A stretch of DNA of 63,956 nt, the filler included, from Elsinoe ampelina (taxonomy: Eukaryota), in the NCBI GenBank assembly GCA_010093995.1. It is 11 parts of 11 records of this genome, joined end to end, with 100 filler letters (N's around TTAATTAATTAA, not from the genome) between each part and the next. Parts side by side here need not be neighbours in the genome. Positions count along the whole stretch, not along the records: positions 21,577 to 27,931 come from ML992587.1; positions 28,032 to 33,923 come from ML992589.1; positions 34,024 to 39,705 come from ML992590.1; 8 more parts are not named here. The stretch is one strand, 5' to 3'. The notes under the pieces were generated by a model. That model was not told the origin of the DNA. It saw nothing but the letters and a program-made list of their open reading frames with translations, and did not search any database. Of this stretch, positions 24,501 through 38,600 are shown in pieces. The translations under genes were made by a program, and so were the position numbers. Each line of letters begins with the position of its first letter. The stretch's first letter is position 1.

Positions 24501-27387
24501 GCCTTAATTATTCGTCTACTATCTATTAAGGCTCTATTATTACCTAAACTATTACCTACTATCGCTATTCTCTAATATTAAGTAAAAGGTTATACCTAAC
24601 GAAAGAAACTTATAAAAGTTATTTACTTACTCTTATTTATATTACTATAAGGCTATCTAGTTTAATAGCTCGATGCTTACTTTATTATCTACTTCTACTT
24701 AACCTTTGTCTAGATAGGCCTATACTTTCTAGGAAGAGGTAGATAGAAGAATAAACATATATAGACTAGGAGGTATATAATATAGTAAACTTAAAGGGCT
24801 AGGAGGAGTAGAATAGAATACTTACTCTAGCTATACTATACTCTACTAATAGATTAGTATACCTATAGTAGAGAGGAGAGGCTATAGATAATAGATAGTA
24901 TACTAGTTAAGCTAGTAATTACCTAGACTAGAAACATTATTCTTTATCTAGTCGACCTTAACGCTCTAACTAGTACTTATATACCGTAGTAATAGAGCTT
25001 ATACTACCTAGTAGATATTACTATATATAATAAATGTTATAAGGTTTAGTATAGCTAGCGTATAGTGTCTTCTAATACTACGTATTGTTATAGTCTATCT
25101 TTTCTATATTCCCTTTTATATCTACTTCGAATCTAGATAGGACTATAGAGTAAGCTAGGTTATAATTATACTCTAGCTATAGTATATCTATAGTATACTA
25201 CTCTCCTAGCTTCTATCGCTACTACCTCTTCTTTCTATACGCGCGAAGGACTATAGTATAAAGCTATTATCCTTTTTATATTACCTTCTTATCCTACTCT
25301 TCCGTATTAAAGTGTAAGCTATATTAACTATAGTACGCGTTGCAAAATTACTAGTAGTAGGGGTTTTAAGCAAGAAATACTTAACATGTAAAAGCGCTAG
25401 CTTTATAAACTAGATCTCTAGAGTTTAATTCGGCTTACTAACTAGATATTAATAGGCATAGAGAGCACTAACCTATTCTAGTATATGCTTTTTATCTATT
25501 TTAGGCATAAAGAAAAGTACGCTCTTTGTTATAATAAATACCTTATATATATACCTTTACTATATTAGCGGACCTAATACCTATAATTATCTATTAATCT
25601 TATAGTTCTTAGCCTAGAGATTTTATATAGTTATTATTCTTCTAACGCTTACTTACTCTTTTACTAATTTATTTAAGAGCTTATATTAAGCATAGCTTTA
25701 GTAACAAAACGTCTATTACTTAAAAGCCGCAAGCGAGATATAAAGGACTAGACCGAGGATAATATTATATTAGAGCTTATAAAGCATAATACCTTTACTA
25801 AGGGTTTCTAGATAGCATACTTTAACTAGAGTAAGAATAACTTTAAAGAGGTAAGTAATACTACTATAGACATTTTCTATAAACAAGGTAAGAAGTAAGG
25901 CCTTAATATTCTTATTAATAAGTCTATATCCCGCTTATAAGAGTATAATAAGGTTAGAAAGAGCTCTAAGAGCATTCTTAATAATAGTTCTAGAAAAGTA
26001 TAAAATCTTTTTGTCTATTGTCCTAGTCGTTAAGATTTTAACTAGTTTAAGAAGTGTACCTTTAGTAGCGGCATAAACAATAAAGACTTTAACACTAAAT
26101 ACGCTATATAGATCTTTCTACTATAGAACAAAAATTATAGATCTAAGTTACTTAGGAAGAAGAAAGGGACTACGGGATAGAGCGGCCTACCTAATACGCT
26201 AGACATAATAATACCTAAGTAACCTTATAGTTTAGGCAGCGCGCTACTATTACTTAATCGTAGGGGGTTACGGCTTAGGACTAGTAACGATATACGTAAT
26301 TACGCTCTACTACCTTTTAAGGAGACTCTAGCTCGTAATATAGGATAGATATAACTAGAGGTTATACCTAACTATTAATAGATTATTATTCGGCTTATAG
26401 GTGTCGCTCCCGATTAATAGTATAGTACTACTAAGCTTAAATATATAAAGAGCGTATCTATAAATAACATTAATCCGCCTAGTATAAAGAGGCTATCTAT
26501 TAAGGAGATCTAGCGAGCTATCGATAAGAATAGTATTTATAGGAAATAGAACATTAAGCTATTCCTTGTACGCTAGAACGACCTAGATAATATAGATCTT
26601 ATTACTAATAATATAGACCTTACTAGGGCTATTAACTACTTCTACGTCTACCTACTAGCTAGAAAGGTTAAGATATTTCTTATCCTTAGTTAGGACATAG
26701 AAGACATATTAAAGTTACTATATTATATCTAAGGTAGGTCTTTAGTAGAGTTAATACCGTTTATAGCTAATTATCCTAGTAAACCTCTATATATACCGAA
26801 CTAGATAGTAAGCTCCTCTAGATAATAATAATCTACTCGGTTTAGAAATAGACTTTATATATAATAAACAACTCTCTCTACTACGTCGAGACACCTCGAG
26901 CCTAACTCTATATTATAACGCCTCTAACGGGAATAACCTCTTATTTATAGACAGAATTATAGCAAAATTAAGAGACCTAATACTAAGAGATATAAGGAAG
27001 AGTCGTTAAGTTATATTAGTAGAGAGTAATAGAGAAGGACGTAAGACTATAGAATTTAAGAATAAAGAGGAAGAACTATTCCTAGAGTTATAGTATATAT
27101 AGGAGTAGATAAGGAGTAAAGTATATATAAGTTAGATAAAGAGAAAAGAGAAATAAGAGCCTTGTCGATTATTTAGACTTAGAAGTTTATTAAACACTAG
27201 ACTTAGGCAATATACTAGTCTAAAAATTCCTTAATATATCTACTAAGGCATAAATTATAACTAAACTAGATCTACTACTAAGAGCCGAGTTCCCGATAGA
27301 TTTATAGTAGTAGATCTTATACTAAACTAGAGTAAGTCTTACTACTATTCCTTTACTTTTAGATATAATATAGTAAAGTATATATCT
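21577..27387. repeat. Unclassified RIPped repeat with several decayed ORFs on both strands
   Basis: Strong TpA excess; codon-like stretches at ~21950-22250(-), ~22720-23420(+), ~23550-24295(-), ~25690-27060(+); no TE motif recognised. Confidence 0.55.
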
Positions 27388-27931
27388 TGTTAAGAATATA
27401 GCTCTCTCTAGATAAATAGGCCCGAAGGTCACATAACTACAGATCATGTAATACTAAGTCCTAGGGATTTATAGCTGTTCTTTCTTTCGGTAGATAGACT
27501 CCTTAATCAATTAACTCGTCTATTACCTAACTAGTGTACGGATTGGTTCTATATAATACTTCACCTCTAAACGTGCCTTCCGCTTAACAGGTTATAAGCC
27601 TAGAGCTTATAGCACAAGTATAGGATTATATATATAGTAGTTAGCCTACTACTTAAACAAAACGGAAGCGGAATTACAATATCCCTACCGCCTTATAGTT
27701 AACTATCTAGATACCTTTAGTAAGCCTAGTAGACTATACTATAAGTCGTGAAAGATTGTACTACTTAGAACAACAAGTAGGAATAGCACTTCTATTTAGC
27801 ATAGGTTTAACTCCTATAATTATTCTACTATAGCTACTGTTTATTAGCTAGATTAACTAAACATATTCGATTTATTAACTTCCTCTAAGGCCTAGCTAGC
27901 CTTATAGACAACTATTAACTAGAGGTTATTA
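27388..27931 (+). mobile_element. Copia 5' LTR (27388-27589), PBS and gag start
   Basis: Same LTR as 313-514, followed by GGTTATAAGCC (RIPped GGTTATGAGCCC, internal tRNA-iMet primer site). Confidence 0.88.
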
Positions 27932-28121
27932 NNNNNNNNNNNNNNNNNNNNNNNNNNNNNNNNNNNNNNNNNNNNTTAATTAATTAANNNNNNNNNNNNN
28001 NNNNNNNNNNNNNNNNNNNNNNNNNNNNNNNCTCTACTATTACTATAAGTTAGATATAGCTTAGACCTAGCTTAGTAACCTCTAATCTAAACTAGATGTA
28101 TCAGGTAGTAGGTTACTTACC

Positions 28122-31100
28122 TAGGGTAGGGTAGAGTAGACTCTACTTAGTATAGTAGGTAGAGTAGAGTAGAGTATTCCCTATAGTAGGTAGAGTAAGG
28201 GTAGAGTAGTAGGTAATCTAGAGGCCTAAATACTCTACCTACTAATACTTATATCTATACTCTATAGAGTCTTATATAAGTAGTCTTAGCTAATTAGTTT
28301 TCTACTATTACGTATAGTATTAGGTAGAATAGTATTAATTATAGTTTCTAATTATAGTATCTTATATACGTTATTATCTTAATTAGGATTTAAATTGTAC
28401 TACGCTCTTCTAGCTAGTCTTATATACTTTACTAGTAGTTTATTATTATTAATATTATTATCTTTCTTATAGTTACTAGTAATAAGTAGACTCTCTTAAG
28501 AGAGTAGATTAAGTAAATTATCTACCTTATCTACTATATTATCTTTATAGCTACTATTATTAGAATTATTACTTAAGAGAGATAATCTAGTTATAAGCTT
28601 TATAATAACTAGCTGCTAGATTATTTATATAGAGAGCTAGTATCTCCTATTACTAATAATATTCTTTACTATATTAAAGATATACTCGATACTAACGCTA
28701 GCTATTAATATAGTAAGGATATCTTAAGTAACTTTAGTAAGCTATAGAAATTCCTTCTTATTAGTCTTCTACTAATTAAGTACTCTAAATCCTTATTACC
28801 TTTAGAGGGAGGAAATTCTAAGGTAATTCTTACTCTCCTAATAAGTAGTTTAAGACGTTTCCTCTTATTCCTAAGATACTAAGCTTATACTTAATTAGAA
28901 GCTAAAGCTTATCTAGGGAAAGGTATACTAGGTAGATAGCTAAGATCGATAGAACTAATTATCTTTATCCTTACTTAGGGGTATATTATTTAGTATATTA
29001 GATAGACTACCTATAGAAGGTAATCTACTATTATAGTAACTAAGGTAGTTAAGAAACTACTTATAATACTTCCTCTTATTAAATATCTTCTAAGTCTTGT
29101 CCTATAATACTATTAGCTTACTATTAAAATATATTAATAAGCTATAAACTTTATAGAAAGTTAGCTTCTATATAGAGTCTAGGACTATAGCGTAATTAAA
29201 GAGGTACTTTCTTTTATTATTAGTATAGTTATAGTACTTTAAGAGTTTATCTTAACTACGTTACGCTATAATTCTAACTACCTTAGGCTAAGGCTCCTCC
29301 TTATCCTTATCCTTATCTATAATACTATTCTTAATCTCGTTAAGAAAGTTAAATAGATAGTTATATATTATCTAGATATATAGGATTTATAGGTAGCTAA
29401 TAGTACTTAGCTAAAGAGTTATATCCTTAAAGTTCTTAAGTATCTTTATTACTAGCTTAAGATATATCTACTTAGTACTATTAAGATAAAGACGTTTAAG
29501 GTCCTTATAGTCTAGATTACTAGTATTATCTTTAACTAAGTTAGGTCCTATACTAGTAGAGCCTTTTAATATAATCTCCTACTTAAGCTATTTATTAATA
29601 AATAGTCTAAGCTTAAGACTATATTTATATATATTAAAGGTTAAGTTCTATTACGTCTTAATATCTTAGATAATAGTCTTATACTTTTAAGGTATTATAG
29701 CTTATTAGAGGTTAATAAACCTCTTAAACTATTAAGGTAATTAATTAATAGTAATATAAGTCGCGTAAAGCTAGTATCTTATTAGACTATAATTAAAAAC
29801 TATAATTAGAGTACTAACCTTATAAAGTAAGTTTAGTACTAAAAGTTTAGTAGAGATATATTTTAAGTACTATCTTTTAAGCTAAGTAGCTTATTCTTCT
29901 ACCTTAGTAGTCTTAAGGTTAAGGTATTTAATAATGTTCTATATAATAAGGTTAATAATATATATAAGATATAGAATAGTATTTTCTTATATATCCTAGG
30001 TAATACTTACCTATCTAAGAAGCTTATATATAGTATTATATAACGTATAGTTATTACTTATATTATTAGTAGTAATAGCTAGAAGCTAGTCCTAGAGGTA
30101 ATACTACTATAGTACCTATATAAGCTTAGTAGCTAGATTATAGCTTATATATTAACTACGAAGTAGTACTATATCTAATAACTATTCGCGGAGTTACTAT
30201 TAGTTATTAATATAATAAACTTTAATTACAATAAAGCCTAAATAATTATTAGTAGACTAGCTATTAAGTATAATTAAAAACTTTATAGTCTTATTAAGAT
30301 CTTATAATAAGAATTAGTAGATCTTCTTAAATTCTTTAATAAAGAAGAAAGCGAAATAAGTATAGCTTAGTATAAGTACTCCTAGATATAAGAACTAAAT
30401 AAATTATTAAAAGAATAGTTGCTTAATTATATAGAAGGACTAATTATTGTTCATAACTATTCGAATAAGCTCTAATTAGAAGTAAGTATTTAAATATAAT
30501 AGAACGTTTTTCTAATTAACTACTAGATAACTTTAAAGCTATATAAGTACTTAGACTACTAGAGCTTCCTTATAGACTAATCTTATTACTTTAGTATAGA
30601 CTTTTAAATCTCTATAATTACTTATTATATTTATACTATACTTTCTAAGTAAAGGGTAGATAAGAGTATAGCTATACTATAAGTAGTAGATAAATAGATA
30701 ACTATCTAATACCTATATAGCTTCTCTAAAGAATACCTATACTAATCTAGTTCTTAGTATTAAGTTCTAGCGTAGTAGGCTACACTCCTTAGAGAAACTA
30801 TAGCGAGATACTTAAAGTATTAAGTTCTACTACTATAAGAAGCTTAAGAGATCTATCTATTCCTTAGAATATACTAAGGAATTAGGCGTTAAATACTTTA
30901 TAAATTTCTATAATATAGCTTAACTACCCTTATTATATTATTATATAGTAAAGTAATTACTAAGTAAATCTTAAGGAATAGAAATTACTATAATTAATAA
31001 AGTTAGTATAAGTCGTAGTTATAGATTAATAAGATTATTAGAGTCTACTATAGTAAAGTAGAAGCTATATTATAGAATAGTATAGGTATCTATAATACTT

Positions 31101-33828
31101 ATTCCTTAGTTATATAAATTTAAATTATTTAGATAATTTATTAATTTAAGTTTAGACTATTAGAAAAAGTCTTATCTATTATTACTTTACGTAAGGTAGT
31201 CTAAAATATACTAGTAGCCCCTATATAATTATAAATATTAATTATAACTAGTAATTTTAATTCTAAAGATTAAAATATATAATATATATAGAGAATTAGA
31301 GTATTATTATATTATATTATTATAGTAAAGAAATTTATTACTCTACCTATACTATTCCTTTAGTATAAAGTACTACTTAAAACTCTAACTCTTACTTAAC
31401 TACTAACTATAAACTTCTAATAGTAGTACTTAGTAAGTTTAGAGTCTCTACCTTAGATAGTAATATACTTAGTATAGATAGTATTAAAGTTTATATCTAT
31501 ATATAGTATTAATTAAGAATTTAATATATATTAAATAAGTATATATCTTTTATATATCTAATAATAAATACCTCTACTAATTCCTAGAGAGCTCTAATTA
31601 TACTAGTTTAGAAGTAGAGGTTAGACTTATAGTTCTAAGTAATCTTATAGATAAGGTAAGAAAAAGAGAGTTTATAAAATAATAAAGTAACTTTCTTCTA
31701 GTAGTAATAAATCTCTTAGAGAGTAATAGCTAGCTTCTATTAGTTCTATACTATAATTAAAAACTATAATAATTACTACTAGGCTTAAATCTTTACTTCT
31801 TTCTAGGCTTTACTTAAGATTATAGCTTTTTCTTTATAGTAAGTTACTTTCCTTTATAACCTCTTTCTCTAGGACTAGGAGTAGCTTAAGGATAAGCCTT
31901 AGTATATACTATAGTAAAGTAAGAGGTTATTTATATATAGCTAAGAAGTTAAAGTTTATATATAAAATTTTTATATATATAAAATAGTAAAAAGAGAAGC
32001 TAGAGTAAGAAATATAAAATCTATTATTAGATATACTATTTACCCTTAATAATAAAGAATAATAGAAAAATAGTAAATAACTTATATAATAATAAATTTC
32101 TTATTCCTTACTCTAGCTTCCTTATTTATTATTTTATATATTTATAAATTATAAATTTTTAACTCTAACTTTACCTTTATACCTTTACTCTTTATACTTA
32201 CCTTATATATAATTTATATACTATAAATACTCTTTTTGTTACTTTTAATTAAATATCTATACCTATAGAAGATATTAAGATAGAGTAGAAAGAGTAGGTA
32301 GTAATTAAGTAAGAAAAAGACTTTAGAGAGAATATTCTAAGAGAATTACTAAAGGTATTAATTATAGTTTCTTATTATATATAGTTACTAATAATACTAG
32401 AGGTTTAATTCTAAGTAGTAAGAAATTAAATACTAGATCTCTTAGTATAGCGCTAGTTAATCTAGAAGAGGCTATAAGACTAGATTTATCGCTAGATACT
32501 CTAGACCTTTAAGTTAAAGCACTTATACTATTAAGTAGAGAGATTATACTTCTTAGTATATATATAAGAAGTAAGCCCTCTATACTACTTAAGTAGTAGA
32601 TTATAAAGTAGTTAGTACTTTACGTAATAAGGTTAAGAGAGAGAATAGGTAGAATTAGCTCTCTACTAATAAGTAGAATATTAAAATTAATAATACTATT
32701 AAAGAAATACTAGAGAAACGCTTTAATAAATAGAGAAGTAGTAAGTCTACTATTATAGTATACTATTATAGTAGTACTAATTATTATAGGTAAGTAGCTT
32801 AAATCTATATTTATATAGACCTATAAGAAATAGACTAGTATTAGAAAGACTCTATAAAAGTAAAAGTATAATAAGATTATTAAGCATATCTAAGATAATA
32901 TAGTAGCAAATTAGTAAAGTAAATAATAGCTAATATAAGTCTAGGCGTATATCTATAGTACTAGTAGTATTATCGAGAAGCTATAGTACTAGATTTACTA
33001 GGATAGCTATATAAGCCTTATTACTAACGATACTAATAATAAGTAGGTATATAAGATTTTTTTTAAGTAGCTTAAAGAGCTCTCTTCTACAGAATTAGTA
33101 GTCTTATATAATTCTAACTAGTAGTAAGTTTATTATAGTCTTTAATTATAGTATATTCTAATAATTATATAGGCTAGTTATTCCTCTATCTCCTAAGTAT
33201 AAATATATCTCTAAGCTTAAACTCTATAGTACTAGGCTATACTATAAAGGAGATAATAATAATAAGTATAAGGAGAAAGTTAAGGAGAATAAAGATAAGA
33301 TCGAAAGAATATTAGATAAAGAAGCTAGTAGTAAGGAGAATTATTATCTAGGTATTAAAGTTAAAGATAAGTTAGATAGTAAGGATAATAATAATAAGGT
33401 TATAGAGTACTCTAAACCTAAGACTAATAGTAATAACAATAAGGATAAGAATAAGAATATAAAGGGTAAGAATACTACTAATAATACTAATACTACTAAG
33501 AATAAGAATAAGAAGATATTTAATACTTAGATATAATAAGAATCTAGAGTATAGAATCTATAAGTAGTAGTATTATAGAATATAGTCTATAATTAGAATC
33601 TATAACTAGTAATTATTTCTCTTAACCTTTTAGATTACTACTTTAATCCTAGAATTACTAATAATCTACTAGGTATAAAAATTATAACTCTACTTTACTC
33701 TACCTACTTCTTAGTAAACCCTTACTCTATCTACTTCTTATTAGGTATACTAAGGAGTAGGTAGAGTAAGAATAGAGTAGAGTAACTCTAGAAAAATTCT
33801 TACTCTACTCTACCTACTAACTACTCTA
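28122..33828 (-). mobile_element. hAT transposon (~5.7 kb), transposase on minus ~28480-30950, RIP-inactivated
   Basis: De-RIPped IALDGWS, ITTDNASNN, IPCLAHIINL, DVETRWNST, WWK..EFPQLAKVARDILAI..ASVGIERIFN; AGTAGGTAGAGTAGAGTA subterminal repeats in inverted orientation at both ends. Confidence 0.85.
31950..32165. repeat. Fold-back / MITE-like inverted repeat inside the hAT
   Basis: AAGCTAGAGTAAGAAATATAAAAT pairs with ATTTCTTATTCCTTACTCTAGCTT, with AT-rich arms extending outward. Confidence 0.5.
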
Positions 33829-34023
33829 ATAGTAGCTATAGATTTTTTTACCTTAGCTATAAGGCTAACTCTAAGTAACTAGTAGCCTTCTTTAAGCTAC
33901 TCTATAAGCTTATTAACTAGCCTNNNNNNNNNNNNNNNNNNNNNNNNNNNNNNNNNNNNNNNNNNNNTTAATTAATTAANNNNNNNNNNNNNNNNNNNNN
34001 NNNNNNNNNNNNNNNNNNNNNNN

Positions 34024-34330
34024 AAGTTACCTTAAATACCTACTACTATATTTACTAGATTTTAATCTAATTAAGTAGTTATTCGTAGTATTAAAAGCGT
34101 AGGTAAAGTAACACTATAATCTTATTAATAGCTACGATAATTACGCCGATTTCTTAGAGCTAGTAGTAGTAGCGTATAGTAGATAGTATACTAAGATACA
34201 CTTTAAGAGCTATAGATATAGTATAAGGTTATAGGAGATCTATATTAGCTTATAAGAGATTACTTATATTAAACGATTTAATACTAAGAAATAGTAAAAA
34301 CTCTTTATAGCTACTCTCTCCTCTCTATAC
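34024..34330 (+). mobile_element. Tc1/IS630-type transposase C-terminus, RIPped
   Basis: De-RIPped EYLPPYSPDFNPIEQSFAVLKAWV at 34033-34105. Confidence 0.8.
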
Positions 34331-35646
34331 TACCTTTATACCTCTCTAAGTTAGATTAATCTAATTACGACTAGTAAGATAAAGAGGTTAATTACGTCTA
34401 TTCGTTAAGATATTAAGACTTAGAAGAAGAAGAGAAAGGCTAGTATATAAAGTATATATAATATTAAGAGCGAAGCGGCTGGAAGTCTAGGCTATAATAC
34501 TAAGATTACATAACTAATCTAAACTAGATCCTAGCTAACTCTAGTTCGTATCTATCTTATATTACTACTCTCTCTCTTAAGCGCGTTTATCCTTAAATAC
34601 TATTATATATTATTTGTCGATCTATCTTAGCTTTAGTTTATCTATATAAGTATTTAGATACTTACGAAGTATATTAGTAGCTCCTTTTAGATTGTTAATT
34701 AGCTACTAAGTAAGATCCTCTAGATAGCTCTTCTAGCTTATATAAGTAACTAGCTTACTATATAGTATATGTATATTAATTACGTTATCTACCTTATACT
34801 CTTCCTTACCCTCGACCTCTACTAGAGATAGTTCCTTAAAAGCTTAGCCTAGTAGAGGGTTATTTAGGTACTTAGTAAGGAGGTTAGTATAGAATACTAG
34901 GTAGATCCTTTATAGTATAGCTAGTAGATTAAGCTTATATACTAGTAGTAACTGTTTTTCGAGGATTTTATAAGGACTAATATACTTTAGTAGTAGCTTT
35001 AGATTACCTTATAGCTAGAGGTTTTTTGTCGATAACTATACTAAATCGCCCGCCTTAAACTCTCTTAGCTAGCGGTACTTATTAGCTTATTCTACTATAC
35101 GTAATTAGGCTATAGCGAGGTTAGCTTTAGTAATAGCTAGTACTTCTTCTAGTTACTTAGTAAGCGCGCGGATATTGACTTTATTTAGCTTAGCTCTTAT
35201 AAATAGTACATTAGAAGGGGGCTAGAAGCTTAGCCTTAGCTTATATTCTCTAGTAACCTCGAATAGTAATAGCTTAGTACTCTCTAATAGGTTAACGTTA
35301 GCAAAGAACTCTACTACTAGTAGAATAAGAGTCTAATTACTAAAGTGTATAGCGTATAAACGAATAACTTACTTAAACTTATAATTTATAACTTCTAATT
35401 AGCTATCTATTTATAGATACCCTATAGTAGACAGTTTAGTAGTAATCTTTAGAATCTAGTAGAGCCTATTCTAGACGTCGCTAATAAACTAAGAGCTATA
35501 GTTAGAGGTAATAGTATCTAGGAGGCTATATAATTTCTATACGTAGAAGAATAGTAGCTTAGCTATTTCGAACGCTAAGGTGCCTCTATCTCTAAAGAAG
35601 TAGAGAATTAGGTGTCGTTCCTTAGATAAGTAGTTAACGACGTATA
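34331..35646 (-). mobile_element. Gypsy chromovirus family D 3' part (integrase, chromodomain, PPT, LTR ending ~34561)
   Basis: De-RIPped HGLPDTITSDRGSQF, HPQTDGQSE, PLPGQ..EEEYEVDDV..SWKSY. Confidence 0.85.
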
Positions 35647-38600
35647 TATTAAAGCCTTATATTAAAGCTACGTATATCGTAATATAGAGAACGCCTATTT
35701 AACTAAATAGTCTATTAGTAGTAGAACTAATTGCTATTAAGTCCTAGGCGTAAGCGCTATATAGAATATCTAGGTGCGTTACGTAAGCGGGACTAGCTAC
35801 TACTAAGTACCGCTCTAATACTATGCTCTTATAATTGCCTCCTCCTCTAGGGGAGCTATCCTTAGCTCCTCGCTAGTACGTAAATATACAATTATAAACG
35901 AAAGTAATATAGGCCTTAAGGCATTTTCTATTATATGTTATATACGAACTATATACTACTTAGTTGTTATAATTCCGATAGTCTAGGTTAAAAGGGAGCG
36001 TTTATCTAGTCGCTATAGTATTAAAGCTAATCGGTAGTAATAATATTACTTTTCCCTAAAATTCCTAGTAGTGCTATAAGAGATATGCGCTCTACGCCGG
36101 TAGCTATAATAAAGATATAGTATACTAGAGATTAGAATATATAACCTTACTATTACTCCTTACTTTCTCTCTTCTATACTCTAAAATATATTTTTATTTT
36201 CTCTAACTTCTACTTTATTATAGCACTTTATACTTAATACGTATTATCTTTATAATGTCTAGACCTATAAGTGACATACGTAACGCTAGCTCTTATTAGC
36301 CTCCTATAACTCTCTTAGGTACGTCTTATACGACCTCTACTAGCGTAGGTCTAGCGCTAGCTTCTCTCTACTATAGGTATACCGCTAGCGTTAATAAGGG
36401 TAAGAGTAGTCTATTCTTATATAATTCGTAACTAACATATAGTAGGATTTAAGTATATTAGTAGAAATTTTAGTACTCTTACTAAGAAGAAGTATACCTA
36501 CTATATTAAAGAGTACTATACCTATAAGCTACTTCTACCTTACTTATATAGTAAGTATATAGCTACGCGAAACGTATTTAACTTGCTAGTAGAGATTAAT
36601 AATAATAATAATAGCGCGCCTATAGACTACGTAACCTACACCTAGACTCTCGAAGACTTTAAAGGTCTATTAAAGGTATACTACACTAACAAGTATAAGG
36701 TTACTAGCGAGGTGTCTACGCCTCGTAGTAGCTACGTAAGTGCTACGTATAGCGCGCTTAACTAGGAGAAGGTAGTAGAGCTTTAGAAGATTAGAAGGGC
36801 CTTAACTACCTTAGTAGCTATCGGATAGAAGGTATATAACTATATCGCTTATACATTTGTCCTATAACTAATACGCTTAGATAGTATATAACGCTAGTAG
36901 GTCGACTAAGTATTTAGATAGAGTTATAGCTAGAGGAGAGTTTTTTAAGGATAGAGAAGAGGTTAAGGGGAATAATAAGAATAGAGAGTAGTAGTAGTGT
37001 TATATACGAGCTAGGTACGTATCTTTAGCGCTATACCTATAAGGCCTTATATATAATATAAGAGTTTATAGCGTTTAGAATGATACCTATACAGCTAGCG
37101 TAAGTGTAGCGCTTTATTAAAATATATTGCCCTAGATAAGGAGTCTATCCTTTAACTAATTCCTATACTTATATAATCTAACTACTTATATACTCTATAA
37201 TCTACGCCTTTAGCGACTCTTCTTAGGCACCTATAGTTGTAACTTATATACGGTAATTAGCTCTCTCGTATTTATATAATTCTCTTCTAGTTCCTAGCTA
37301 TTAAACTTAGTAGGCTAGTTCTTCTACTTTACTAAGTAAAAAACCTTGCCCTTTATAGTTCTACTACCTAGGATTTTCTCTACTGTTTACTTATTTACTT
37401 TATCTACGAGAGGTATACTTTCTTCTAGCTCCTTACTAGTTCTACCTATCTATAGTTTAAGAAGAGATATATAAAAGACATTATAGATGTAATACTAACT
37501 CGGTAAGGCTAGGTAATACACCTATAATCTAATTATGTTAAGTATATAAAATAGGCTAAGAAATTGTAGTTCTATTTTCTTCTTTAGTATAGGTAGCTAT
37601 AAGTTCTTAGCTAAGAGTAGTACTAAGTTACCTATGCTATATACCTTTAGCATATACTTCCTATTATAATACTTAGCCTAGTAGGTAGAAGCCTCTTTCT
37701 ATTACTCTACTAGCTTTACGTCTATATCTCGTAAGTGTTACGCTAACTCTAATACTACTAGTACTCTTTCCCCTAAAGTCTCGTCCTAAGACTTAATAGC
37801 TATTACCTCTAACTTAGAGTAGTAGCTATATATTATTTAGAAGAGGCTTATACGTAGCGTAGTATAGATGCTATTATTGCTCGCGAACTCCGCTTATAAT
37901 AGACACTTAGCCTAGTTATTTTATAGTTCTATATAGTAGCACCTTAGATACTACTCTAATATCTAGTTTTACTATTTAGTTTAACTATCTATCTATAGGT
38001 AGAAGGCTATACTAAGCCTATATTTTATATACGTTTCGTAATAGAATTTACTCTAGAACTAGCTAGTAAAGACTAATTCTTAATTACTTACTATTTCCCT
38101 AGGAACACTATAGTAGCGAATTACGTAGTTATATAGAATCTCTATAAGCTCTATAGACGTATACTTCTTAGTAGTAGAAATATATAGTAACATCTTAGTA
38201 TATCGGTCTATAATTACTAGTACTATATTATAGTCGCTATTACCTCGCTTACTTAGTAGTAGGTTAGTAATAAAATCTATTATAATTTCTTACTATAGGC
38301 GATCTAGTATTAGTAGTATACGTAACTCGCTATAGAAGTAATAGCGGCGCGCTTTATACTTCTAGTAAACTTAGTATAACTATATATAGTTATTAATATT
38401 CTTTCTTATAGTTTACTAGAAGTATTTCTATAAAAGAAGCTTAAGCGTCTTATCCTTACTAAAATAACTAGCCTATTCGCTATTATAGTATATACGTAGT
38501 ACCTATACCTTAATAGTACTATTATTTAGAATAACTAGCGCGTTATAGTAGAATAGGAGGTTATCTTATAGATTCTATAGCGTCTTACTCTTGTCTCTAC

